Positions 12,239 through 24,990 of a DNA stretch of 64,000 nucleotides are shown in pieces; the stretch's first letter is position 1, and every line of letters starts with the position of its first letter. The notes beneath the pieces were generated by a model. The model saw nothing but the letters and a program-made list of their open reading frames with translations. It ran no database searches and was not told where the DNA came from. The translations under genes and the position numbers were made by a program. The stretch is taken from positions 10,230,001-10,294,000 of the forward strand of contig JBHGNT010000014.1 in NCBI GenBank assembly GCA_043228905.1, given 5' to 3'. This DNA is from Azolla caroliniana (lineage: Eukaryota > Plantae > Polypodiophyta).

Positions 12239-14075
12239 CAAGCTCGCAAAGGTATGGACAGCGTGAAGTCTTAATTGAAAAGAAAAAAAAATGAAAAATG
12301 AAAAATTTTGCAATCTATCATTATCAATTAGCAAATGCACTACTTCATGGGGTTCTGTGCATCCTTTTATTTACTATAGCATCCTTGTTTTATCCTGACT
12401 GCATCCCTTAAAGTATTCCAATCTCAGAGCTAGAGGGGGATATAGAGAGTGAAGAAGGTCAATAACTATATGGAACTCAGCATTTTAATGCAGTGAAAAC
12501 TAGGATAGGAGGAGTATGAGGAGAGATCTTGACACAGTCACATGAACAAATGTAAAATCTAGTTGGAGACAGAGAGACAGAGAGAGAGAGAGAGAGAAAG
12601 GATAACTTTTCCCAACATGGAAGGAAATGAAGAGATCTGATTTCGACTAGAAAGCTGGAGCAGATCAAGAATCTGCTTGATATATGCATAATACATATAA
12701 TAGGAACCTCCAATCGAGCAAACTAAGATATATAAATTGACCTGAAATATTCTATAGAACTTTGTCACAAAAACGAGAATGTGAAGCCAAATATAGATTG
12801 AATTGAGAACTCTTCAGGATAGAGATCAAACCATCTTTGGAACTGTTTATGAAAACAAAGATTGTGATGCATAGAGAGGATCTAATAGGAAAATGTACGG
12901 ATCAAAAGACCATCTCGGGATGGAGGGTATCCACCTATGGAACTGTTTAACAAAATCATGATCATGAAGCCATGATATACAATATACATATACATCACCA
13001 GTAGCTTAACTTTTTTCTTGTTTCTGAATATGTATGCATGATAATTTTCAGATGTCATGCCTACATTGCCAAAGTCTTTGCTTTGAGATATAATGGCTGT
13101 TACGAAGCTTCAGATATCTAGATTCCAAAAGCAACGGAAAAATAGAATCCAGGTTTCAAAAACAAAATAAGCACATAAAAGTTTCTCTAGCAATAGCAAG
13201 AGATTTCCCTTTGTAAAAATCGAACTGATGTTCCATACTCCTAGATATTGTTCATCAAAACGTCTCTTATTCAATAACCTAGGCATAATCGAGATTCAAC
13301 CTAACAGGATATAAAGTCAATTGAAACACACAATTGAGACTGCAAATCATATTGAGCTTCATCAAACTAATTTATGCATCCTAGAAACAATCATCAAAAC
13401 AAAGCTCCAAACACTGGTTTTCAACGAATGACTCTAAACAAGATTCTCCATCTCTATCAAAGATACAACTACAAGACTATATACACATTGAGATCAATTT
13501 ACAGAATCAAGCCTAACACGTTCCAATAAAGCATTTCGAGCTCATCATCAGATTGATTCATAGATCCAGATAGTATAAAAAATCATCTACACAAAGCTTG
13601 AGATACTGATACTCTGGTTGAGCTCTGACATGTTTTTTTGCTGAATACCTCCTTCGTGGAGGCATTACAGCTAGATCAAACATATAAATCATATCAATAT
13701 TCATCGTAGTGATATCAACAAGACTGATTTTCAACAAAAATTTTGGAATTGACACATTATATGCTTCTAGCAGTTGAAATGCACATAGGAGAATGAGGAG
13801 ATCTCGCTTGAAACACTTGATGGTTACATTCGAAAATGGTAGAGGAATCGTTAAGAGAGATCTCACGTCAAAGACATTTTCAATATCAATCCTTTAGACA
13901 CAGCTCGAAAAAAAACAAAAAACTACTGTTTTAGCACTGGAAAATTTGACACGTTTGCCTGATTTTATAACATGAACTGAAATTCCATAACCATATCATT
14001 AGAATCCGTCAGCACTACTGAATCGAAATCACAAATCTGAAAGGGAAAAAATCAGTTGAAGGAAGATCAACTCAC

Positions 14076-14210
14076 GTGATGAAGGACAGGATCAGAGCCA
14101 TGGTAGATCACCAATGCATATCCTGTGACGAAGACCAACAGGATCAGCATTGTCGGTGCAAAGAGACGATGATGAACAGAAGAAGAAGATGAAGCTCTGC
14201 GGGTCGCCAT
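14076..14210 (-). CDS. GAUT8: GAUT8-like, exon 1 (cytosolic tail and type II membrane anchor)
   Basis: ATG at 14210 gives MATRRASSSSSVHHRLFAPTMLILLVFVTGYALVIYHGSDPVLHH, followed by a GTGAGT donor; 45 codons, phase 0, matching exon 2. Spliced total 540 aa. Confidence 0.8.
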
Positions 14211-15015
14211 GTGGTGCCGCAGAAGGGAGGTGATATGCAGGATCAGATCGATATTATTTGTTCGGATTCGAACCCGATCCTGGATGACGAAAGGAAGGAA
14301 ACAGAAGGAGCCAGGCTTAAAATTCGTTTGAATGGTTTAGAAAGTGGTGAAGATGAGGCTATGTATGTAGAAAAAGCAGAAGAAGGCCTCTATGAGCTCC
14401 AGCAGTGTTGGCTGGCTATGTCTGCTTCACCATTACAGCAAACGAAGAGTGAAGAGGAAGAAGAAGAAGCAGCAGAAGCAGAAGCAGCAGAGACACCGAC
14501 ACCTACAGCCTAGCCTCTCTGCATTTTACTCTCTCTCTCTCTGGCTCGGCTCGGCTCGGTTCGGTTCGAGAGTGTCAAACCGATTCAACCCACCCACACA
14601 AAAACCACGATTATATCGAACCACAAATGCAAGTTTAAACTATCACATTATCATCCCTTGTAAAGCCAAAGGTTATAAACCTCGCAATTTTTATTAAAGG
14701 GAACTTCTAGAACCTTCGGTCATTAAGGAAGTTGCGGATGTTGCAATCAATCAATTAATTAGGCATAGACAACAGTTATATTCAAATAGCTTCAGAATTT
14801 AATAGTTGGACAACCGAGACTCAGGTCTTCTGGTGTTCACGTCCAAAATATCTTGATTTATAACAAAGCATCAATACATAATTACAACATAAGATCATAA
14901 TCACTTAATCCCTTAATAAAACAATAGCCACATTCATGTTCTTACAATAGATCAGTACCCCATACATCCCATGTTAGCATGTAATATGTTATGATTGACA
15001 AGATGGTGTTATGCC

Positions 15016-15614
15016 CAGCGATGGGTTGGTTCAGTTTCTTTGCCTTGAAACCAAACCGAACTAAACCAAACCATTTATATAAAATAAAAACCAAAACATA
15101 CCATTTATGAACTTTCAAGCCATTAAACCAAACCATGTAAGAAAACGTAAACCAAACTATTTGAACTATAACCGTTTAGGGATAAGTTGATACCAAACTA
15201 AGCCATCTAATAAAAAGTTTAAACCGAAACTACATTTAAGGCAAACAAAATAAAAAATTAAATAAATAAAAATACACTAAATTAAATCATAATTTATGTT
15301 TAATTAATTAATTAATTAATTAAGCATTATTAAAGCCATTAAATTAAATAAACATGTGAATTAAATCAATAAAAAACATTAATTAAACCATTAAATTACA
15401 TAAACATTTAAGGGTTAAAAAAAAGTTATCCCAAAAACTTATAAAACTTTAAACCAATAAACCCCAGTTTCAAAACCAAACTGAACTAAAACCGAACCGT
15501 TTATTAATAATTAAAACCAAACAGCACCATTTAATTATTTTGAAACTTATATAAACCTTTAAACCATGGCCTAACGGTTCGGTTCGGTTTGAGCCGAAAC
15601 CGGGCCCATTGCTA
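15016..15614. mobile_element. hAT-type MITE, copy 2, in the GAUT/ZCRB1 divergent intergenic region
   Basis: 8-bp TSD GTTATGCC at 15008-15015 and 15615-15622; TIRs CAGCGATGGG / CCCATTGCTA; subterminal AAACCGAACC-type repeats. Confidence 0.85.
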
Positions 15615-17163
15615 GTTATGCCCAAACCTTAAAGTTTTGGTGTGAATCCACAAAAGCCGTTATTCTCCTCTTACTTGTGTCACAAATTTCGAACCCTCGT
15701 GCAAGCTCACTTGAGATGAACTTTGAATCACAACATTTCTTTCTCAATACAAGGCACAATTGTAAGGAACAATAGATAGCATTCATCAAGGTCTGTCTTT
15801 GTTCCCTGCATTTTCAGCCTTCACATGAGTTTTGGGAGGGTTTGATAGTTGTCCATTCAAATCTATACATGTCCAAGCAGGCAAGAGATTTAAACTCAAA
15901 TCCTATGAACTAAGAGCCACATATTTTACCAATGCACCAGATATTCACCTAATGATATCACAAATTTCTTGATGTGCATGCAACCATGTGATGGAGCAAG
16001 CACTTAGACCCACATGTCCCAACAATGTAACCACACTATTATTATATATATTCTACAATGTGCACATGTGCACATACAAGATCATATTGACCTTTAGCTT
16101 TGTAAATATTCAATAATTGTGTGTTAAAGCCTTACTTAACACAAGAGGGCCATACAAAATGGAAGCACTTCATTTCACATGGTATTCCTTCATCCATTCT
16201 TTATAAATATATATCCCTTTTTAGGGATATATACTTAACACAAGAGGGTCTCACTTTTGAGAAGAGAGTTGGGAGGATATTTTATCTCTTCAAAGGTGAC
16301 AAAAATGCTAGAGTTGACATTTGAAGTTATGTCGCCCATGGCACTTCCCAACCCACCACGTGATGTTATTTAAGCATTTCTCTATTTATCTCTTACTTAT
16401 CTCTCACACTTTTTGGCATTTTAGTTAGTTTTTAGGTTGCCTTAATCTACTACTTTAATCGTGTTGTGTTATTGATGAGTATCAAGCAACAACTTGTTGA
16501 TAGGTTAATTTAGACAAGAGTTTCAAGTCCACGTGTTTCATGTTATTCAATGGATAAGTGCACTTCTCATTTTCCACCAAGGGAAGCAGAAAAGGCTTGT
16601 GTAGTACGATTCCTCCGTCACCACCCGTCAAATGATGAGGGTGAGAGTGAGTTGATTATTTGGTACTTCGGGCAAGTTTCCCGAATACAATTAGTGGCAT
16701 CCCGAATACAATTAGTTGCCACGATCGATCATCGCTCAATGTTGGGATAGGCTAGGCCAAGCATTATCACGCTTTTCTTGCCTCTCTATACTACTCCTAC
16801 ATAACTTTTAGGTACAACCGCTCTATTACTTCATACATATCTCTTAATTCACTCGATGCCATCGTGGAATGTAAGGGTTGAACCCATGACCTCCTAGTCT
16901 CCATTGGGATACTACATTACTAACCCGAATTACATTCATTTTGGTGTTGTTTTCAATCTCTCTATTTTTCTTTGGTTTTATATTAGCTTTACCCTAGTGG
17001 GTAACTTATTACATTAGTAACTCATACGTCTTGGGTTCGAAACCAAATTTCTGACCTCTCTATTATTAAAGTGGGGCATTTTGGGCTCTTTGAGTCTCTG
17101 CTTCCTTCTCTTCTCTCTCGAGAGCCCTCCCTGCGCTCCTTTCCCGCTTTACCTGTCGCTATC

Positions 17164-17958
17164 ATGTACTGCAGCAGCAGCGAAGAAGAAGAAGAAGAAG
17201 AAGAAGAAGTTGAAGGTGAAGGAGAAGGAGGCGATGGCGTCCAACACACCCTCCCCCGCAAAGGAAGGTCGTCTGCTTCCCTCTCAGGGAAGGCGAAATC
17301 CAGAGGCGGAAGCGGTGGCCTTGTCCCTTCCAAATCCACCGTCTATGTCAGTAATCTCGACTTCTCCCTCACCAATTCAGATCTGTTTCAAATCTTCAGC
17401 ACCTTTGGAAAACTCGGGAAGGTCACGGTTGTGAAAGATAGGCACACCCGACAGAGCAAAGGTGTGGCCTTTGTTCTTTTCACCTCACAAGAAGATGCAA
17501 AGAAGGCTGTGGAAGCCATGGATGGTAAGATCCTTAACAAAAGGACCTTGAAGGCTTCCATAGCTGTGGATAATGGGCGTGCCAGGGAGTTCATCAAGAA
17601 GAGAGTTTACAAAGATAAGAGTAGATGCTACGAATGTGGTGAGGCAGAACATTTGTCTTATGAGTGCCCTAAGAATGTCTTAGGAAGAAGAGAAAGACCT
17701 ATTCCCAAGAAGAGGGGTCATGGTGGTCAAGTGCAAAGGCGTGGTGGCGTAGGTCAAAGTCGTGATGCAGATAATAGTATCGGCATTTCTGATGATGAAA
17801 CTCAGTTTGAAGATGATGGATGGGCTTCTGTCGTGGCTACTCAAAATTCTCGCCCCCACCATGACCAAGAATCTGAGAAATTTCAAGACGCAAAGCCGAA
17901 AAAGGGATCGAAAAAAAGATCAGGATATTTCAGTGATGAAAGTGGCGATGATGATTGA
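17164..17958 (+). CDS. ZCRB1: U11/U12 snRNP 31-kDa protein (zinc finger CCHC and RRM protein 1), intronless, 264 aa
   Basis: [27 protein letters not shown]...SKGVAFVLF (RRM), [39 protein letters not shown] (CCHC), acidic N- and C-termini; first ATG at 17164. Confidence 0.93.
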   Translation: MYCSSSEEEEEEEEEVEGEGEGGDGVQHTLPRKGRSSASLSGKAKSRGGSGGLVPSKSTVYVSNLDFSLTNSDLFQIFSTFGKLGKVTVVKDRHTRQSKGVAFVLFTSQEDAKKAVEAMDGKILNKRTLKASIAVDNGRAREFIKKRVYKDKSRCYECGEAEHLSYECPKNVLGRRERPIPKKRGHGGQVQRRGGVGQSRDADNSIGISDDETQFEDDGWASVVATQNSRPHHDQESEKFQDAKPKKGSKKRSGYFSDESGDDD

Positions 17959-18131
17959 AACAGGACGATCCTACCCTAGCTTTCGAGATCAAAACACACA
18001 CAAAGGCAAGAAGAAGAGAGCAGGAAATTTCAGTGACCAAGGTGGTGATGATGATGAAGCACAGCGAAAAGCTGCGGGGAAGATCGTATAGGCTTTTCCT
18101 GGTAACATATGTGTTGTTAGACAATTAAATA

Positions 18132-18240
18132 TTCCCTAATGACATAACATGGGCTAAAACACTAGAGTTTTCTGTTTCCCTAATGACATAACATAGACTA
18201 AAACACTAGGGTTTTTTTGTTGAGAAGATCATAACATAGA
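18132..18240. repeat. ~44-bp tandem duplication downstream of ZCRB1
   Basis: TTCCCTAATGACATAACAT.G.CTAAAACACTAG twice, plus a partial third copy. Confidence 0.7.
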
Positions 18241-19342
18241 CACCTGCCTGTCTTGGATTTGGTAGAGGCTTGAGAAGATCACATGAAATGTTTCACATCA
18301 CAGAGAAGGCCGAAAACCCGTGGAATTTTTGTAATGAGTTATGGATTCGCCAATTGAATTTCAAATCTCCGACAGGTTTCATAGTGAACACCAGATCATC
18401 CTCGATGAGAGTCTCTAAACTTGAACACCAGGGCTCCTCATGTATTAGAATTTTAGTGTGTATGTCAGTTGTATTTATTGTATGATCAATTGAGAGATAC
18501 CTCTTATTTACAATTGTTGCTATGATATGGTTATGCCCTGCATATTGTCTTCAAAATGTAGTTAACTAGTGCTAGGAAGCCCCTTCCTGTAAAGTAATTA
18601 TCTTTTGCCAGGTGCACTTGCTCTACAAGTTATGCCGATGATAAACACGTTTTTGTATTCTTTTGGTGAACTGTTTTGCGCATGCTTATTACTGCAAGCC
18701 CTAATAGTGCTTTTGAACACATGATATGAAACTGTTTGTGTAACATGTGTACAACTCACATAAATATACCATGGAATAAGGTACCATGTTATGTATTGCA
18801 AGGTACGTTCGGAGAAACTTTTCTGGGATGTCGAGTACAATACTAACTGGCTCAAGAAAATGCTGGTACATTCAAGAAAATGCTCGTGGACCATAAGATG
18901 ACAGATAAAGTAACATCCTATTTTACACATAGTGCATCTCTAGTTGGGGATGACACAAAGCATGCACATCTTTGTAAATTTGTAACACTGGATAACAAAC
19001 AATTGACAATAGTTCATAGTAAACGCAATTGATTTGGGGGAATTGGATGCATGTAAAACCAGACCTAATCTTATAGGAATGTGAGGCTTCAGGTCACTTT
19101 TAGCCTTCATATAACGTCAATCAAGGGATACACAAATTAGGGTTAGAGCTTGTAATAAACAAGGGTTACAATAGACTAGGCAATAAAAAAGATTATGTGC
19201 ACAAGCCATGCTTGTTTGTATCGTGACCCCATCACCCTTTCATAAATCAAGGGCATTACACACCTCACAAAGCTAAATTTTACAAAGGCCAAATGGTTCA
19301 CAAAGGTACAAGGGAAATCAAATATGCAAAACACCACCAAAT

Positions 19343-20093
19343 TGTTGGGAAACGGGTCCTTCCGGATGGGAAGAGAATGAACCGAACCGGATGGAGTCAA
19401 TGAGTGTTTTGATCAAGGCCGATAGACCTCGGCAGAAATTGAAAATTGAAACCGAAATCGGTAGACCATATATGTAAATAGTCTAAATGTGCCCCTTATG
19501 GGTTATGTATCTAAATAGCTAGGAAATTGTATGAGTATAAATACAACTAGGGCAAACCTTATAGTTCTTGAATCATTATTGTTGTATAGTTACGACGTAG
19601 TTGTCTAATAACTGAGAGTAAGAGAGAGAGAGAAAGAAAGAAAGAAAGTTATATTAACGTCTTCTAAGGCCAAAATTGGCCCATGAGACAGTTGGTTTAC
19701 AACAAGAATGGGTATTTATCCAATCCTCAAAACTAAAATAAAAGTAAAGTAAAAATAGCTTAAGCTAAAAGAGTTCTAGTCGTGTACAAAACATACTATA
19801 CTTGATAAAAAAGTGAGTAACTCTACAACTGTCTGTCTGACGAAGGAGAGGTTGAGGTTGTTGCCTCGAGCTTCTCATTGTACTCCTCCCTCATAGTGAT
19901 TCTGTTTTGGAGTTTGGGGCTCCAAGTGATTTTTTCCCTTTTGGGTTTTTCCACATTAAATATCTATGTCTCTTTGAGTTTCCGTTGTCTGTTTTTCTTT
20001 GTCTTTTATCTTAGCACTATCATTGTCGATATTTGTACCCGCATACGAACGTGACAACCGGCCAACCGATTGTGGCTGGTTAAGATCCTCACA
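19343..20093 (+). mobile_element. Solo LTR, same family as 40693-41320
   Basis: TG...CA ends; 5-bp TSD CAAAT at 19338-19342 and 20094-20098; shares GTAAATAGTCTAAATGTGCCCCTT and TATAAATACAACTAGGGCAAAC with 40880-40970. Confidence 0.85.
19615..19812 (-). mobile_element. 5'-truncated 3' end of the RTE-X-like LINE, inserted in the GA tract of the solo LTR
   Basis: (AG)n followed by TATATTAACGTCTTCTAAGGCCAAAA.TGGCCCATGAGACA..TGGTTTACAACAA, near-identical to 28261-28335; absent from the sister LTR at ~41035. Confidence 0.85.
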
Positions 20094-20249
20094 CAAATGT
20101 TGTACCAAGACTTTGGCAGTCGTAACTATGCATCCTATCAAACTACGCAATTCGCTTTCTCAAGCACCTACATCACCTCCATTGAATTATATGAACAAGG
20201 GACCCACTCCATCATAAGCCACTGGCCACAACAAACAACTCATGTACTA

Positions 20250-20730
20250 GGCATGACATGAGACATCCCGATAAAATTCAAGGAAACTAACCTTGGAAAT
20301 GAAGGAAATGACAAACCAATGTTCATTGTTATAAGCCTCCAACAAATAGATGAAGCGGCCTTAATAAGCTCTTGCAAGAATTCAAAGATGTCTTCTCATG
20401 GGGTAATGAAGACATGGAAGGGATACCTCCAGAGGTAGTATCTTATATCATATCCACGAGGACAGATGCAAGGCCGGTACTGCAATGACCTTGATTGATG
20501 AATCCGCACTGCATACAAGTCAAAACTGAAGTTGAGAAGATGTTGTTGGCCAACGTAATATACTTAATCGAATGAACTACATGGGTCTCACCGATTGTCC
20601 TTGTCCCCAAAAAGAATGGCAAAATCCGAATATGTGTGCATTACCATCAAGTTAATGAAGCAACCATACATTGAACACCTACTAGAAAGGGTAGCTAGGA
20701 AAGGCACATAACTTTATTGACGAATTTTCT
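20250..20730 (+). mobile_element. Highly decayed Ty3/gypsy RT N-terminal fragment
   Basis: FKDVFSW and TWVSPIVLVPKKNGKIRICV motifs are readable between stops. Confidence 0.65.
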
Positions 20731-20896
20731 AGATCAATTTTGTACTATTTTTGGTATTTTTTTTGCTCTGATTATTATTATTATTTTGATTTATGTATTC
20801 ATTCATTTATTTATATTTTATTTTAAGTCTCTAGCGATGGACGATGACGGATGAAGACACCTTTCGTGCCCTTGTTTACTTTTGGTAGTCTTGCAA

Positions 20897-21215
20897 GGGG
20901 GGCACAAAGGGTAATTAAAAAGAAATAGATAAGTTTTAGTTATAATTATATTTGTGGTTTGGGGGGGGGGGGGGGGGGCATGAAGCGAAATTTAAAAAAA
21001 GTTAGTTATGTTTTATAGGGGCACGAAAGTAATTGGGAAAAATCAGATAAATTTTGTAGGGGCACAAAAGGTAATTAGAAAACTAGATAAATTTTATAGG
21101 GGCACGAAAGATAATTAGAAAAATTATATAAGTTTATAGGGGCACAAAAGATAACTAGGAAAAACCAGATAAATTTTATAGGGGCAAGGAAGGTAATTAG
21201 ATAAGTTTTATAGGG
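20897..21215. repeat. Minisatellite, ~40-bp unit, ~7 degenerate copies, with an 18-nt poly-G
   Basis: Unit approximately AAATTTTATAGGGGCACRAAAGRTAATTAGAAAAAYYAGAT. Confidence 0.8.
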
Positions 21216-21649
21216 TTGCATTAAACTTGAAAGATTTAGGTAATAAAATAGAAAACTTTGTTAAACAAGATGGTTAGCAAGCTAACATCTTGGTGAGTTG
21301 GGTGGGTTACAAAAGCAAAACTAAAGAACAAAGATTTTTCTAAAGAACAAAGAATAGAAAATACTAGTAAGAATTAAACACAATCAATAAAAAATAGAAA
21401 AAAATGATATTTTCACCTTCTTGGTTTATTCCATCATTAGCAATGGTTGCTTTGGGAGCTTATGAAAAGCTCATCAATAGTTTCAAGTGTCGATCTTATC
21501 CTCGACAACGATGCCAAATAGACATGTGGTTTCTGTGGGCATGAAATTGAAGTTTGTTTGAATAATGGAGTTCTTCCCCCCATCAATATAGTTGGGCCAA
21601 GAATCCATACTGGCCTTGACCGTATTGGTAGCGAACCCAACAAGAGGGG

Positions 21650-22560
21650 TTTTAGGGTTTAGGGTCAATATCTCTAAAACAAACATTATGCTTGTGAAGA
21701 GACAAAATAAGGATAAACCGTGCATTATGTACAATAATGAGCCACTTGAAACTGTGGAAAGCTTTGACTTTCCTTGACCTTGAAGCTCCTTCAAGTCATA
21801 GATGCAATGAATGTGCTATTCACCACGTATGGGCAAGAAAGAGGGCATATTATGTATTTGAAAACACATGCAATCATTGAGAAATTAAGTGATGGGTCCT
21901 CAAGAAATACCCTTTCGACACTTTGGTGTGACACTCGCGCATCTCTACGAGGTGGAAGCAAGGGGTAGTGGCATCCCTAAGTTCACTTCAAAAGAGTTTG
22001 AAAATGTCCAAAATCATTTCCTTATAAAGTTTCTCTAAATTGAGAAATAAATGTCATGCACCCTCCTACTTCTTGAGATGGGATTACTTCTTATTAAGAT
22101 TATAGTCACGAAAAGGGTTGTTGAATATATGCTTAAGGTTCAGAAAGGTTCCTCACATTGACTTCCTAGGATCATATGGGAAGCAAGAAAAAATATCTAA
22201 AAGACACATCAAAGAAAACTTTTGTGTTTTGGTTAGAGGCAACATATGGACAAATGGTTTGGAAGACGGGGTGTGGTACACTTCCTTCATGATGCATCAG
22301 TAGATTCCTCTACGAATGAGGCATTTTTTCAATGCTATTGTATCATGACATAGGAAAAATGTGGATGCTCATGCTCCATACATTATACTACATATGTTGC
22401 ACCTAACTCCAAAGCCATATTTTTCCCTAAACAAGGAAATCGCACATGAACATATGTTAGAGCACATCACATTGTCTATCATCCAAACCATTGCTTCTAT
22501 GAAATTTAGCTCACACACTCTAAAATATGAGAAAGGGTGTTGAGACACAAGTTTTCAGAG
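21650..22560 (+). mobile_element. Decayed non-LTR (RTE-X-like) RT C-terminal fragment
   Basis: GFRVNISKTNIMLV...CIMYNNEPLETVESF resembles the post-YADD region of LINE RT; the rest is heavily degraded and the boundaries are approximate. Confidence 0.5.
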
Positions 22561-22949
22561 CAATTGACTATGCACACTTTGCCTAAACAAGTTTGGGAGT
22601 CTAAGTATCAAACTTCAATACAATGATCTCCCTTTGATCACATTCAAGTATGTTTCCCAAACATCTTCCTACAAACCCAATCCTTGCACGAATTTCTATC
22701 ACGGTTGTGGTGTGCACTCTTGATTTAGACATTCATTAGTAAAGTTCTTGAACCTCAACAATGGCTACTCAGTTTCACATATCCTACGTAAAAATATTAT
22801 ATTTGCTACTGACACTGCAAACTACATGCAAGGGAAGGGGACTTGGAAAATCTAAAGCAGCTAGAAAGTGGATTAGCCGTGTTTTGCAAGAGATCGAACA
22901 CTATGATCAATTGGCACAAATCCTATGCAATATGGCTTTCTCTTGAAGC

Positions 22950-24990
22950 ACATCCTGCATGGCACCCACATCGCACTTTCAAGTGGATCAATTAGGGAGC
23001 AAGCACCAAATATTTGGGTTTCTAAATTGGATTCAACATTCCTCTAGAGACAATGATTGCACCAGTTATTCACTCCATTCAACAAAAGTCGATACATTGG
23101 AGCTCGAAAAAACTCTTGTTAGCAAGTCACATCATAGTGGTAAATCGGGTATTACTTGCAACAACATGGTACAACCTATCATGTTGGACGATCTCCAAGA
23201 AAAGTATACATCATATTCAGCGACTGGTGCACAACTACATCTGGTATAGTAAGGAAGATCATGTAGCTCAAGCCAAGGTGGCGTGGCCTATACTCACATC
23301 ACCTAAGTTGAGAGGAAGGTTGGGGCTGATTGATCCCGTCTCACAATCCAAAGCCCTACTCACCAAATTTGTGGCGCAAGGACTCCAACCAGGGGATGGC
23401 TGCTGGAAAATGCTACTACGATTACACTTTGCTTACTTTAAGCCACGAAAAAGGGGCCAATTGGACCCCCAAACGGGATGGATTCTAAACATGAATCTCA
23501 AACCAAGTTTCTCATGCCAATTGCAAGATAGATTCAGTGTATCCATGTGAAAAGCGTAGTGTCACTGACATAAAACGAGGACTCAAATGTGATCAGCCTT
23601 AATCTGAACCTGCCTAGCTCAGTCAACACATCGTGCGGAACCCATGTATTAGAGATGAATTTGATCAACTAATTGTATCACGTAAGGGTTGTCATGGGGA
23701 TGCATTGCAAAAGGTCTAGGAAAGAGTATAGAATGTTGGAGACGGTTTATGTCATTGCCAATCCAAGATCAAGCCAACATACTCCATGGAATTAGGGGTG
23801 GATGGACTATGAGATCTGAAATTATTAACGCTCTATTGCTCAGGGAAGCTGCTAATCAAAGGATGACAATAGAGAAGTGGATAGGCTACAAGGAGGCGGG
23901 CTCTTTGCTCCCAAGAGGTAGGAAAACAATGGATAGAATCGAAGGCCATGAATTGCAAGACAATGAGACACCAACATTGAATATGGCAATTCGAGTACTC
24001 ACATATACTGGTCATAAATGGATTATAAATCCCGATCCGATCAAAGTACAACTAGAATAGCATTGTATATATACTCAGAAAAACACATGGCTACGTAAGG
24101 TCAGTTGGGACCCTCTACAATGGGTGTGGCGCGATCCTTATGCGGGTCAAGGAAGAAAAGGCATCCCTTTCTTCCAATTCATGACTAGATCTGGTCGCCA
24201 CATTCTAGCCGCTCAAACTGCCTGAGAGTCGGTTGTTGCAAAGGTATGCCACACATATCATGTTCCTTACACAATTATCACTGATTTATGGCAAAAAATC
24301 TAGAAACAACAACATGTTAGGAGAATTACCACGTTCCAATGGTTATTAACACATATGTCACTACCAGTTGGAGTGTGGCAACATGGGAACCTTAGCTCTC
24401 CTAATTGTGTGGAGTGCCCAAATGCAATAGAATCGATCTGACACACTCTATGGGATTGCCTAGAGACCCATTGAATATGATAGGGGGGTTGGCCGCCTGT
24501 TGCAGTTATGCCAGGTGCAAGGCACAATCAAGTGGGGAAATGTATATTGGTTATCATGGCAGGCCCCAGTTGATAGGTACGAACATCAGGAAGAGGGGAT
24601 GACTTTGGTGATAAAAGCACAAGAGGTTCTTTTTTCCACCATCGGCAATATTCTATTAATGCCACATCTCAAGGTCTGTTGGAATTGGACAACCCAATAA
24701 CTCTTTGGATTCTATGGAAACATCGGTGTAGACTGGTCTTCTCCAACCTAATATTGCATCTAGTAATGTTAATGCAAGAGATATGGAGTGAAGTTGTAGC
24801 CACTCTAAAGGGTTAATACAATGGCCTCACGAGTGGATCTGATGGAGTTGAAAGACAACGACTAGCCTTCATCCAACAATGGTCGTCCTCTCCCTTTCAT
24901 GAGTCAGTGGGCATCCACATAAGACGGAACTATCGCATCCCTACAGGGATTTGTATATAACACTCTCATCTGTAAAATTTTATACCTAAT
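22950..24990 (+). mobile_element. 5'-truncated, decayed L1 LINE (RT C-terminus and zf-RVT)
   Basis: VVNRVLLATTWY...AKVAWPILTSPKLRGRLGLIDP is homologous to ORF 1493..1966; C..C...ESI.HTLWDC remnant at ~24405-24460. Confidence 0.8.

Noticed and set aside
14211-14697. Plus-strand ORFs upstream of GAUT exon 1
   Set aside because: Antisense to the CT/CTT-rich 5' UTR of GAUT; low complexity and no recognisable domain.
7636-15614. Compound transposon carrying the GAUT gene between two inverted MITEs
   Set aside because: Each MITE has its own distinct 8-bp TSD, so they are independent insertions.
15880-16930. tRNA genes
   Set aside because: Only degenerate A/B boxes; no cloverleaf could be folded, so these are at most SINE remnants.
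17071-17163. GTG-initiated N-terminal extension of ZCRB1
   Set aside because: Pyrimidine-rich 5' UTR-like sequence; the ATG at 17164 gives the expected protein size.
20897-21215. Possible CRISPR-like array
   Set aside because: Units are head-to-tail with no unique spacers, the context is eukaryotic, and there are no cas genes.
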